Assembly (NCBI GenBank): GCA_964016885.1
Contig: CAXHJY010001341.1
Coordinates: 1-53,445, forward strand
Reading direction: 5' to 3'
DNA length: 53,445 nt
From: Eledone cirrhosa
Lineage: Eukaryota
The position numbers were made by a program, and so were the translations under genes. The notes beneath the pieces are model-generated. The model had not been told where the DNA came from and did no database searches. It saw only the letters and a program-made list of their open reading frames with translations. Positions 36,901 to 48,900 of the stretch are shown here, piece by piece. Position 1 is the first letter of the stretch. Every line of letters begins with the position of its first letter.

Positions 36901-39900
36901 TGGTAGTGTAGTGGTTGTTGTTGGTATTGTAGTGGTGGTTGTTGGTAGTGAAGTGGTGGTTGTTGGTAGTCTTGTGGTTGTTGTTGGTAGTGTAGTGTTG
37001 GTTGTTGGATGTGTAGTGGTGGTTGTTGGTTGCATAGTGTTTGTTGGTAGTGTAGTGGTTGTTGTTGGTAGTGTAGTGGTTGTTGGTAGTGTAGTGGTTG
37101 TTGTTGGTAATGTAGTGGTGGTTGTTGGTAGTGTAGTGGTTGTTGTTGGTAGTGTAGTGGTTGTTGTTGGTATTGTAGTGGTGGTTGTTGGTAGTGTAAT
37201 GGTGGTTGTTGGTAGTGTAGTGGTTGTTGTTGGTAGTGTAGTGGTTGTTGTTGATAGTGTAGTGGTGGTTGTTGGTAGTGTAGTGGTTGTTGTTGGTTGT
37301 GTAGTGGTGGTTGTTGGTTGTGTAGTGTTTGTTGTTAGTGTAGTGGTTGTTGTTGGTATTGTAGTGTTGGTAGTTGGTAGTGTAGTGGTCGTTGTTGGTA
37401 GTGTAGTGGTTGTTGTTGGTAGTGTTAGTGTTGTAGTGGTTGTTGTTGGTAGTGTAGTGGTTGTTGTTGTTTGTGTAGTGGTTGTTGTTGTAGTGGAGTG
37501 GGTGTTGCTGTTGGTAGTGTAGTGGTTGTTGTTGGTAGTGTAGCGGTTGTTGTTGGTAGTGTAGTGGTTGTTGTTGGTAGTGTAGTGGTGGTTGTTGGTA
37601 ATGTAGTGGTTGTTGTTGGTAGTGTAGTGGTTGTTGTTGGTTGTGTAGTGGTTGTTGCTGGTAGTGTAGTGGTTGTTGTTGGTAGTGTAGTGGTGGTTGT
37701 TGGTAATGTAGTGGTTGTTGTTGGTAGTGTAGTGGTTGTTGTTGGTTGTGTAGTGGTTGTTGCTGGTAGTGTAGTGGTTGTTGTTGGTAGTGTAGTGGTG
37801 GTTGTTGGTAATGTAGTGGTTGTTGTTGGTAGTGTAGTGGTTGTTGTTGGTTGTGTAGTGGTGGTTGTTGGTAATGTAGTGGTTGTTGTTGGTAGTGTAG
37901 TGGTTGTTGTTGGTAGTGTAGTGGTGGTTGTTGGTAATGTAGTGGTTGTTGTTGGTAGTGTAGTGGTTGTTGTTGGTTGTGTATGTTGGTAATGTAGTGG
38001 TTGTTGTTGGTAGTGTAGTGGTTGTTGTTGGTTGTGTAGTGGTTGTTGCTGGTAGTGTAGTGGTTGTTGTTGGTTGTGTAGTGGTTGTTGCTGGTAGTGT
38101 AGTGGTTGTTGTTGGTTGTGTAGTGGTTGTTGTTGGTAGTGTAGTGGTTGTTGTTGGTAGTGTAGTGGTTGTTGTTGGTAGTGTAGTGGTTGTTGTTGAT
38201 AGTGTAGTGGTTGTTGTTGGTAGTGTAGTGGTTGTTGTTGGTTGTGTAGTGGTTGTTGCTGGTAGTGTAGTGGTTGTTGTTGGTAGTGTAGTGGTTGTTG
38301 TTGGTAGTGTAGTGGTTGTTGTTGGTAGTGTAGTGGTTGTTGTTGGTAGTGTAGTGGTTGTTGTTGGTAGTGTAGAGGTTGTTGTTGGTAGTGTAGTGGT
38401 TGTTGTTGGTAGTGTAGTGGTTGTTGTTGGTAGTGTAGTGGTTGTTGTTGGTAGTGTAGAGGTTGTTGTTGGTAGTGTAGTGGTTGTTGTTGGTAGTGTA
38501 GTGGTTGTTGTTGGTAGGTTAGTGGTTGTTGTTGGTAGTGTAGTGGTTGTTGTTGGTAGTGTAGTGGTTGTTGTTGGTAGTGTAGTGGTTGTTGTTGGTA
38601 GTGTAGAGGTTGTTGTTGGTAGTGTAGTGGTTGTTGTTGGTAGTGTAGTGGTTGTTGCTGGTAGTGTAGTGGTTGTTGTTTTTTGTGTAGTGGTTGTTGC
38701 TGGTAGTGTAGTGGTTGTTGTTGGTAGTGTAGTGGTTGTTGTTGGCAGTGTAGTGGTTGTTGTTAGTAGTGTAGTGGTTGTTGTTAGTAGTGTAGTAGTT
38801 GTTGTTGGTAGTGTAGTGGTTGTTGTTGGTTGTGTAGTGGTTGTTGCTGGTAGTGTAGTGGTTGTTGTTGGTAGTGTAGTGGTTGTTGTTGGTAGTGTAG
38901 TGGTTGTTGTTGGTAGTGTAGTGGTTGTTGTTGGTAGTGTAGTGGTTGTTGTTGGTAGTGTAGTGGTTGTTGTTGGTAGTGTAGTGGTTGTTGTTGGTAG
39001 TGTAGAGGTTGTTGTTGGTAGTGTAGTGGTTGTTGTTGGTAGTGTAGTGGTTGTTGCTGGTAGTGTAGTGGTTGTTGTTTGTTGTGTAGTGGTTGTTGCT
39101 GGTAGTGTAGTGGTTGTTGTTGGTAGTGTAGTGGTTGTTGTTAGTAGTGTAGTGGTTGTTGTTAGTAGTGTAGTGGTTGTTGTTGGTAGTGTAGTGGTTG
39201 TTGTTGGTTGTGTAGTGGTTGTTGCTGGTAGTGTAGTGGTTGTTGTTGGTAGTGTAGTGGTTGTTGTTGGTAGTGTAGTGGTTGTTGTTGGTAGTGTAGT
39301 GGTTGTTGTTGGTAGTGTAGTGGTTGTTGTTGGTAGTGTAGTGGTTGTTGTTGGTAGTGTAGTGGTTGTTGCTGGTAGTGTAGTGGTTGTTGTTTGTTGT
39401 GTAGTGGTTGTTGCTGGTAGTGTAGTGGTTGTTGTTGGTAGTGTAGTGGTTGTTGTTGGTAGTGTAGTGGTTGTTGTTAGTAGTGTAGTGGTTGTTGTTG
39501 GTAGTGTAGTGGTTGTTGTTGGTAGTGTAGTGGTTGTTGTTGGTAGTGTAGTGGTTGTTGTTGGTAGTGTAGAGGTTGTTGTTGGTAGTGTAGTGGTTGT
39601 TGTTGGTAGTGTAGTGGTTGTTGTTGGTAGTGTAGCGGTTGTTGTTGGTAGTGTAGTGGCTGTTGTTGGTAGTGTAGTGGTTGTTGTTGGTAGTGTAGTT
39701 GTTGTTGTTGATTGTGTAGTGGTTGTTGCTTGTAGTGTAGTGGTTGTTGTTGGTAGTGTAGTGGTTGTTGTTGGTAGTGTAGTGGTTGTTGTTGGTAGTG
39801 TAGTGGTTGTTGTTGGTAGTGTAGTGGCTGTTGTTGGTAGTGTAGTGGTTGTTGTTGGTAGTGTAGTGGTGGTTGTTGGTTGTGTAGTGGTTCTTGCTGG

Positions 39901-42900
39901 TAGTGTAGTGGTTGTTGTTGGTTGTGTAGTGGTTGTTGTTGGTAGTGTAGTGGTTGTTGTTGGTAGTGTAGTGGTTGTTGTTGGTAGTGTAGTGGTTGTT
40001 GTTGGTAGTGTAGTGGTTGTTGTTGGTAGTGTAGTGGTTGTTGTTGGTAGTGTAGTGGTTGTTGTTGGTAGTGTAGTGGTGGTTGTTGTTGGTAGTGTAG
40101 TGGTTGTTGTTGGTAGTGTAGTGGTTGTTGTTGGTAGTGTAGTGGTTGTTGTTGGTAGTGTAGTGGTTGTTGTTGGTAGTGTAGTGCGTGTTGTTGGTAG
40201 TGTAATGGTTGTTGTTGGTAGTGTAGTGGTGGTTGTTGTTGGTAGTGTAGTGGTTGTTGTTGGTAGTGTAGTGGTTGTTGTTGGTAGTGTAGTGGTTGTT
40301 GTTGGTAGTGTAGTGGTTGTTGTTGGTAGTGTAGTGGCTGTTGTTGGTAGGGTAGTGGTGGTTGTTGTTGGTAGTGTAGTGGTTGTTGTTGGTAGTGTAG
40401 CAGTGGTTGTTGTTGGTAGTGTAGTGGTTGTTGTTGTTTGTGTAGTGGTTGTTGTTGATAGTGGAGCGGTGGTTGCTGTTGGTAGTGTAGTGGTTGTTGT
40501 TGGTAGTGTAGCGGTTGTTGTTGGTAGTGTAGTGGTTGTTGTTGGTAGTGTAGTGGTGGTTGTTGGTAATGTAGTGGTTGTTGTTGGTAGTGTAGTGGTT
40601 GTTGTTGGTTGTGTAGTGGTTGTTGCTGGTAGTGTAGTGGTTGTTGTTGGTAGTGTAGTGGTGGTTGTTGGTAATGTAGTGGTTGTTGTTGGTAGTGTAG
40701 TGGTTGTTGTTGGTTGTGTAGTGGTTGTTGCTGGTAGTTTAGTGGTTGTTGTTGGTAGTGTAGTGGTGGTTGTTGGTAATGTAGTGGTTGTTGTTGGTAG
40801 TGTAGTGGTTGTTGTTGGTTGTGTAGTGGTGGTTGTTGGTAATGTAGTGGTTGTTGTTGGTAGTGTAGTGGTTGTTGTTGGTAGTGTAGTGGTGGTTGTT
40901 GGTAATGTAGTGGTTGTTGTTGGTAGTGTAGTGGTTGTTGTTGGTAGTGTAGTGGTTGTTGCTGGTAGTGTAGTGGTTGTTGTTGGTTGTGTAGTGGTTG
41001 TTGCTGGTAGTGTAGTGGTTGTTGTTGGTTGTGTAGTGGTTGTTGTTGGTAGTGTAGTGGTTGTTGTTGGTAGTGTAGTGGTTGTTGTTGGTAGTGTAGT
41101 GGTTGTTGTTGATAGTGTAGTGGTTGTTGTTGGTAGTGTAGTGGTTGTTGTTGGTTGTGTAGTGGTTGTTGCTGGTAGTGTAGTGGTTGTTGTTGGTAGT
41201 GTAGTGGTTGTTGTTGGTAGTGTAGTGGTTGTTGTTGGTAGTGTAGTGGTTGTTGTTGGTAGTGTAGTGGTTGTTGTTGGTAGTGTAGAGGTTGTTGTTG
41301 GTAGTGTAGTGGTTGTTGTTGGTAGTGTAGTGGTTGTTGTTGGTAGTGTATTGGTTGTTGTTGGTAGTGTAGTGGTTGTTGTTGGTAGTGTAGAGGTTGT
41401 TGTTGGTAGTGTAGTGGTTGTTGTTGGTAGTGTAGTGGTTGTTGTTGGTAGGTTAGTGGTTGTTGTTGGTAGTGTAGTGGTTGTTGTTGGTAGTGTAGTG
41501 GTTGTTGTTGGTAGTGTAGTGGTTGGTGTTGGTAGTGCAGTGGTTGTTGTTGGTAGTGTAGTGGTTGTTGTTGGTAGTGTAGTGGTGGTTGTTGGTAGTG
41601 TAGCGGTTGTTGTTGGTAGTGTAGTGGTTGTTGTTGGTTGTGTAGTGGTGGTTGTTGGTTGTGTAGTGTTTGTTGTTAGTGTAGTGGTTGTTGTTGGTAG
41701 TGTAGTAGTTGTTGTTGGTAGTGTAGTGGTTGTTGTTGGTTGTGTAGTGGTTGTTGCTGGTAGTGTAGTGGTTGTTGTTGGTAGTGTAGTGGTTGTTGTT
41801 GGTAGTGTAGTGGTTGTTGTTGGTAGTGTAGTGGTTGTTGTTGGTAGTGTAGTGGTTGTTGTTGGTAGTGTAGTGGTTGTTGTTGGTAGTGTAGTGGTTG
41901 TTGTTGGTAGTGTAGAGGTTGTTGTTGGTAGTGTAGTGGTTGTTGTTGGTAGTGTAGTGGTTGTTGCTGGTAGTGTAGTGGTTGTTGTTTGTTGTGTAGT
42001 GGTTGTTGCTGGTAGTGTAGTGGTTGTTGTTGGTAGTGTAGTGGTTGTTGTTAGTAGTGTAGTGGTTGTTGTTAGTAGTGTAGTGGTTGTTGTTGGTAGT
42101 GTAGTGGTTGTTGTTGGTTGTGTAGTGGTTGTTGCTGGTAGTGTAGTGGTTGTTGTTGGTAGTGTAGTGGTTGTTGTTGGTAGTGTAGTGGTTGTTGTTG
42201 GTAGTGTAGTGGTTGTTGTTGGTAGTGTAGTGGTTGTTGTTGGTAGTGTAGTGGTTGTTGTTGGTAGTGTAGTGGTTGTTGCTGGTAGTGTAGTGGTTGT
42301 TGTTTGTTGTGTAGTGGTTGTTGCTGGTAGTGTAGTGGTTGTTGTTGGTAGTGTAGTGGTTGTTGTTGGTAGTGTAGTGGTTGTTGTTAGTAGTGTAGTG
42401 GTTGTTGTTGGTAGTGTAGTGGTTGTTGTTGGTAGTGTAGTGGTTGTTGTTGGTAGTGTAGTGGTTGTTGTTGGTAGTGTAGAGGTTGTTGTTGGTAGTG
42501 TAGTGGTTGTTGTTGGTAGTGTAGTGGTTGTTGTTGGTAGTGTAGCGGTTGTTGTTGGTAGTGTAGTGGCTGTTGTTGGTAGTGTAGTGGTTGTTGTTGG
42601 TAGTGTAGTTGTTGTTGTTGATTGTGTAGTGGTTGTTGCTTGTAGTGTAGTGGTTGTTGTTGGTAGTGTAGTGGTTGTTGTTGGTAGTGTAGTGGTTGTT
42701 GTTGGTAGTGTAGTGGTTGTTGTTGGTAGTGTAGTGGCTGTTGTTGGTAGTGTAGTGGTTGTTGTTGGTAGTGTAGTGGTGGTTGTTGGTTGTGTAGTGG
42801 TTCTTGCTGGTAGTGTAGTGGTTGTTGTTGGTTGTGTAGTGGTTGTTGTTGGTAGTGTAGTGGTTGTTGTTGGTAGTGTAGTGGTTGTTGTTGGTAGTGT

Positions 42901-45900
42901 AGTGGTTGTTGTTGGTAGTGTAGTGGTTGTTGTTGGTAGTGTAGTGGTTGTTGTTGGTAGTGTAGTGGTTGTTGTTGGTAGTGTAGTGGTGGTTGTTGTT
43001 GGTAGTGTAGTGGTTGTTGTTGGTAGTGTAGTGGTTGTTGTTGGTAGTGTAGTGGTTGTTGTTGGTAGTGTAGTGGTTGTTGTTGGTAGTGTAGTGCGTG
43101 TTGTTGGTAGTGTAATGGTTGTTGTTGGTAGTGTAGTGGTGGTTGTTGTTGGTAGTGTAGTGGTTGTTGTTGGTAGTGTAGTGGTTGTTGTTGGTAGTGT
43201 AGTGGTTGTTGTTGGTAGTGTAGTGGTTGTTGTTGGTAGTGTAGTGGCTGTTGTTGGTAGGGTAGTGGTGGTTGTTGTTGGTAGTGTAGTGGTTGTTGTT
43301 GGTAGTGTAGTGGTGGTTGTTGTTGGTAGTGTAGTGGCTGTTGTTGGTAGTGTAGTGGTGGTTGTTGTTGGTAGTGTAGTGGTTGTTGTTGGTAGTGTAG
43401 TGGTTGTTGTTGGTATTGTAGTGGTTGTTGTTGGTAGTGTAGTGGTTGTTGTTGGTAGTGTAGTGGTTGTTGTTGGTAGTGTAGTAGTTGTTGTTGGTAG
43501 CGTAGTGGTTGTTGTTGGTTGTGTAGTGGTTGTTGTTGGTAGTGTAGTAGTTGTTGTTGGTAGTGTAGTGGTTGTTGTAGGTAGTGTAGTGGTTGTTGTT
43601 GGTAGTGTAGTGGTTGTTGTTGGTAGCGTAGTGGTTGTTGTTGGTTGTGTAGTGGTTGTTGTTGGTAGTGTAGTGGTTGTTGTTGGTAGTGTAGTGGTTG
43701 TTGGAAGTGTAGTGGTTGTTGTTGGTAGTGTAGTGGTTGTTGGTAGTGTAGTGGTTGTTGGTAGTGTAGTGGTTGTTGTTGGTAGTGTAGTGGTTGTTGG
43801 TAGTGTAGTGGTTCTTGTTGGTAGTGTAGTGGTTGTTGTTGGTAGTGTAGTGGTTGTTGGTAGTGTAGTGGTTGTTGTTGGTAGTGTAGAGGTTGTTGTT
43901 GGTAGTGTAGTGGTTGTTGTTGTTAGTGAAGTGGTTGTTGCTGGTAGTGTAGTGGTTGTTGTTTGTTGTGTAGTGGTTGTTGCTGGTAGTGTAGTGGTTG
44001 TTGTTGGTAGTGTAGTGGTTGTTGTTTGTAGTGTTCTGGTTGTTGTTGGTAGTGTAGTGGTTGTTGTTGGTAGTGTAGTGGTTGTTGTTGGTAGTGTAGT
44101 GGTTGTTGTTGGTAGTGTAGTGGTTGTTGTTGGTAGTGTAGAGGTTGTTGTTGGTAGTGTAGTGGTTGTTGTTGGTAGTGTAGTGGTTGTTGTTGGTAGT
44201 GTAGCGGTTGTTGTTGGTAGTGTAGTGGTTGTTGTTGGTAGTGTAGTGGTTGTTGTTGGTAGTGTAGAGGTTGTTGTTGGTAGTGTAGTGGTTGTTGTTG
44301 TTAGTGAAGTGGTTGTTGCTGGTAGTGTAGTGGTTGTTGTTTGTTGTGTAGTGGTTGTTGCTGGTAGTGTAGTGGTTGTTGTTGGTAGTGTAGTGGTTGT
44401 TGTTTGTAGTGTTCTGGTTGTTGTTGGTAGTGTAGTGGTTGTTGTTGGTAGTGTAGTGGTTGTTGTTGGTAGTGTAGTGGTTGTTGTTGGTAGTGTAGTG
44501 GTTGTTGTTGGTAGTGTAGAGGTTGTTGTTGGTAGTGTAGTGGTTGTTGTTGGTAGTGTAGTGGTTGTTGTTGGTAGTGTAGCGGTTGTTGTTGGTAGTG
44601 TAGTGGTTGTTGTTGGTAGTGTAGTGGTTGTTGTTGGTAGTGTAGTTGTTGTTGTTGATTGTGTAGTGGTTGTTGCTTGTAGTGTAGTGGTTGTTGTTGG
44701 TAGTGTAGTGGTTGTTGTTGGTAGTGTAGTGGTTGTTGTTGGTAGTGAAGTGGCTGTTGTTGGTAGTGTAGTGGTTGTTGTTGGTAGTGTAGTGGTTGTT
44801 GTTGGTAGTGTAGTGGTTGTTGTTGGTAGTGTAGTGGTTGTTGTTGGTAGTGTAGTGGTTGTTGTTGGTAGTGTAGTGGTGGTTGTTGTTGGTAGTGTAG
44901 TGGTTGTTGTTGGTAGTGTAGTGGTTGTTGTTGGTAGTGTAGTGGTTGTTGTTGGTAGTGTAGTGGTTGTTGTTGGTAGTGTAGTGCGTGTTGTTGGTAG
45001 TGTAATGGTTGTTGTTGGTAGTGTAGTGGTGGTTGTTGTTGGTAGTGTAGTGGTTGTTGTTGGTAGTGTAGTGGTTGTTGTTGGTAGTGTAGTGGTTGTT
45101 GTTGGTAGTGTAGTGGTTGTTGTAGGTAGGGTAGTGGTGGTTGTTGTTGGTAGTGTAGTGGTTGTTGTTGGTAGTGTAGTGGTGGTTGTTGTTGGTAGTG
45201 TAGTGGCTGTTGTTGGTAGTGTAGTGGTGGTTGTTGTTGGTAGTGTAGTGGTTGTTGTTGGTAGTGTAGTGGTTGTTGTTGGTAGTGTAGTGGTTGTTGT
45301 TGGTAGTGTAGTGGTTGTTGTTGGTAGTGTAGTGGTTGCTGTTGGTAGCGTAGTGGTTGTTGTTGGTTGTGTAGTGGTTGTTGTTGGTAGTGTAGTAGTT
45401 GTTGTTGGTAGTGTAGTGGTTGTTGTTGGTAATGTAGTGGTTGTTGTTGGTAGTGTAGTGGTTGTTGTTGGTAGCGTAGTGGTTGTTGTTGGTTGTGTAG
45501 TGGTTGTTGTTGGTAGTGTAGTGGTTGTTGTTGGTAGTGTAGTGGTTGTTGGAAGTGTAGTGGTTGTTGTTGGTAGTGTAGTGGTTGTTGGTAGTGTAGT
45601 GGTTGTTGGTAGTGTAGTGGTTGTTGTTGGTAGTGTAGTGGTTGTTGGTAGTGTAGTGGTTGTTGTTGGTAGTGTAGTGGTTGTTGTTGGTAGTGTAGTG
45701 GTTGTTGTTGGTAGTGTAGAGGTTGTTGTTGGTAGTGTAGTGGTTGTTGTTGTTAGTGAAGTGGTTGTTGCTGGTAGTGTAGTGGTTGTTGTTTGTTGTG
45801 TAGTGGTTGTTGCTGGTAGTGTAGTGGTTGTTGTTGGTAGTGTAGTGGTTGTTGTTTGTAGTGTTCTGGTTGTTGTTGGTAGTGTAGTGGTTGTTGTTGG

Positions 45901-48900
45901 TAGTGTAGTGGTTGTTGTTGGTAGTGTACTGGTTGTTGTTGGTAGTGTACTGGTTGTTGTTGGTAGTGTAGTGGTTGTTGTTCGTTGTGTAGTGGTTGTT
46001 GCTGGTAGTGTAGTGGTTGGTGTTGGTAGTGCAGTGGTTGTTGTTGGTAGTGTAGTGGTTGTTGTTGGTAGTGTAGTGGTGGTTGTTGGTAGTGCATTGG
46101 TTGTTGTTGGTAGTGTAGTGGTTGTTGTTGGTTGTGTAGTGGTGGTTGTTGGTTGTGTAGTGGTTGTTGGTAGTGTAGTGGTTGTTGTTGGTAGTGTAGT
46201 GGTTGTTGTTGGTAGTGTAGTGTTTGTTGTTGGTAGTGTAGTGGTTGTTGTTGGTAGTGTAGCGGTTGTTGTTGGTAGTGTAGTGGTTGTTGTTGGTTGT
46301 GTAGTGGTGGTTGTTGGTTGTGTAGTGTTTGTTGTTAGTGTAGTGGTTGTTGTTGGTAGTGTAGTGGTTGTTGTTGGTAGTGTAGTGTTTGTTGTTGGTA
46401 GTGTAGTGGTTGTTGTTGGTAGTGTAGCGGTTGTTGTTGGTAGTGTACTGGTTGTTGTTGGTAGTGTAGTGGTTGTTGTTGGTTGTGTAGTGGTTGATGC
46501 TGGTAGTGTAGTGGTTGTTGTTGGTAGTGTAGTGGTGGTTGTTGGTAGTGTAGTGGTGGTTGTTGGTAGTGTAGTGGTTGTTGTTGGTAGTGTAGTCGTT
46601 GTTGTTGGTTGTGTAGTGGTGGTTGTTGGTTGTGTAGTGTTTGTTGGTAGTGTAGTGGTTGTTGTTGGTTGTGTAGTGTTTGTTGCTGGTAGTGTAGTGG
46701 TTGTTGTTGGTAGTGTAGTGGTTGTTGTTGGTAGTGTAGTGGTTGTTGTTGGTTGTGTAGTTGTTGTTGTTGGTTGTGTAGTGTTTGTTGGTAGTGTAGT
46801 GGTTGTTGTTGGTAGTGTAGTGGTGGTTGTTGGTAGTGTAGTGGTTGTTGTTGATTGTGTAGTGGTTGTTGCTTGTAGTGTAGTGGTTGTTGTTGGTAGT
46901 GTAGTGGTTGTTGTTGGTAGTGTAGTGGTTGTTGTTGGTAGTGTAGTGGTTGTTGTTGGTAGTGTAGTGGCTGTTGTTGGTAGTGTAGTGGTTGTTGTTG
47001 GTAGTGTAGTGGTTGTTGTTGGTAGTGTAGTGGTTGTTGTTGTTAGTGAAGTGGTTGTTGCTGGTAGTGTAGTGGTTGTTGTTTGTTGTGTAGTGGTTGT
47101 TGCTGGTAGTGTAGTGGTTGTTGTTGGTAGTGTAGTGGTTGTTGTTTGTAGTGTTCTGGTTGTTGTTGGTAGTGTAGTGGTTGTTGTTGGTAGTGTAGTG
47201 GTTGTTGTTGGTAGTGTACTGGTTGTTGTTGGTAGTGTAGTGGTTGTTGTTCGTTGTGTAGTGGTTGTTGCTGGTAGTGTAGTGGTTGGTGTTGGTAGTG
47301 CAGTGGTTGTTGTTGGTAGTGTAGTGGTTGTTGTTGGTAGTGTAGTGGTGGTTGTTGGTAGTGCAGTGGTTGTTGTTGGTAGTGTAGTGGTTGTTGTTGG
47401 TTGTGTAGTGGTGGTTGTTGGTTGTGTAGTGTTTGTTGGTAGTGTAGTGGTTGTTGTTGGTAGTGTAGTGGTTGTTGTTGGTAGTGTAGTGTTTGTTGTT
47501 GGTAGTGTAGTGGTTGTTGTTGGTAGTGTAGCGGTTGTTGTTGGTAGTGTAGTGGTTGTTGTTGGTTGTGTAGTGGTGGTTGTTGGTTGTGTAGTGTTTG
47601 TTGTTAATGTAGTGGTTGTTGTTGGTAGTGTAGTGGTTGTTGTTGGTAGTGTAGTGTTTGTTGTTGGTAGTGTAGTGGTTGTTGTTGGTAGTGTAGCGGT
47701 TGTTGTTGGTAGTGTACTGGTTGTTGTTGGTAGTGTAGTGGTTGTTGTTGGTTGTGTAGTGGTTGATGCTGGTAGTGTAGTGGTTGTTGTTGGTAGTGTA
47801 GTGGTGGTTGTTGGTAGTGTAGTGGTGGTTGTTGGTAGTGTAGTGGTTGTTGTTGGTAGTGTAGTTGTTGTTGTTGGTTGTGTAGTGGTGGTTGTTGGTT
47901 GTGTAGTGTTTGTTGGTAGTGTAGTGGTTGTTGTTGGTTGTGTAGTGTTTGTTGCTGGTAGTGTAGTGGTTGTTGTTGGTAGTGTAGTGGTTGTTGTTGG
48001 TAGTGTAGTGGTTGTTGTTGGTTGTGTAGTTGTTGTTGTTGGTTGTGTAGTGTTTGTTGGTAGTGTAGTGGTTGTTGTTGGTAGTGTAGTGGTGGTTGTT
48101 GGTAGTGTAGTGGTTGTTGTTGGTAGTGTAGTGGTTGTTGTTGGTTGTGTAGTCGTGGTTGTTGGTTGTGTAATGTTTGTTGGTAGTGTAGTGGTTGTTG
48201 TTGGTAGTGTAGTGGTGGTTGTTGGTAGTGTAGTGGTTGTTGCTGGTAGTGTAGTGGTTGTTGTTGGTAGTGTAGTGGTTGTTGTTGGTAGTTTAGTGGT
48301 TGTTGTTGGTTGTGTAGTGGTTCTTGTTGGTAGTGTAGTGGTTGTTGTTGGTAGTGTAGTGGTTGTTGGTAGTGTAGTGGTTGTTGTTGGTAGTGTAGTG
48401 GTTGTTGGTAGTGTAGTGGTTGTTGTTGGTAGTGTAGTGGTGGTTGTTGGTAGTGTAGTGGTTGTTGTTGGTAGTGTAGTGGCTGTTGTTGGTAGTGTAG
48501 AGGTGGTTGTTGTTGGTAGTGTAGTGGTTGTTGTTGGTAGTGTAGTGGTTGTTGTTGGTAGTGTAGTGGTTGTTGTTGGTAGTGTAGTGGTTGTTGTTGG
48601 TAGTGTAGTGGTTGTTGTTGGTAGTGTAGAGGTTGTTGTTGGTAGTGTAGTGGTTGTTGTTGGTAGTGAAGTGGTTGTTGCTGGTAGTGTAGTGGTGGTT
48701 GTTGGTAGTGTAGTGGTTGTTGTTGGTAGTGTAGTGGCTGTTGTTGGTAGTGTAGTGGTGGTTGTTGTTGGTAGTGTAGTGGTTGTTGTTTGTAGTGTAG
48801 TGGTTGTTGTTGGTAGTGTAGTGGTTGTTGTTGGTAGTGTAGCGGTTGTTGTTGGTAGTGTACTGGTTGTTGTTGGTAGTGTACTGGTTGTTGTTGGTAG

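Noticed and set aside
37033-37035. In-frame ATG as the translation start (also 2926-2928)
   Set aside because: These are single-base variants inside repeat units; the frame is open upstream and no signal peptide or unique N-terminus follows.
3977-37522. 11,181-aa Val/Gly/Ser + strand ORF as the real gene
   Set aside because: Over half Val with almost no charge is implausible for a protein this long. Its GTG start is a repeat variant and its stop results from the 37490 indel, whereas the antisense T/P/E frame is typical of mucin-like proteins and unbroken.
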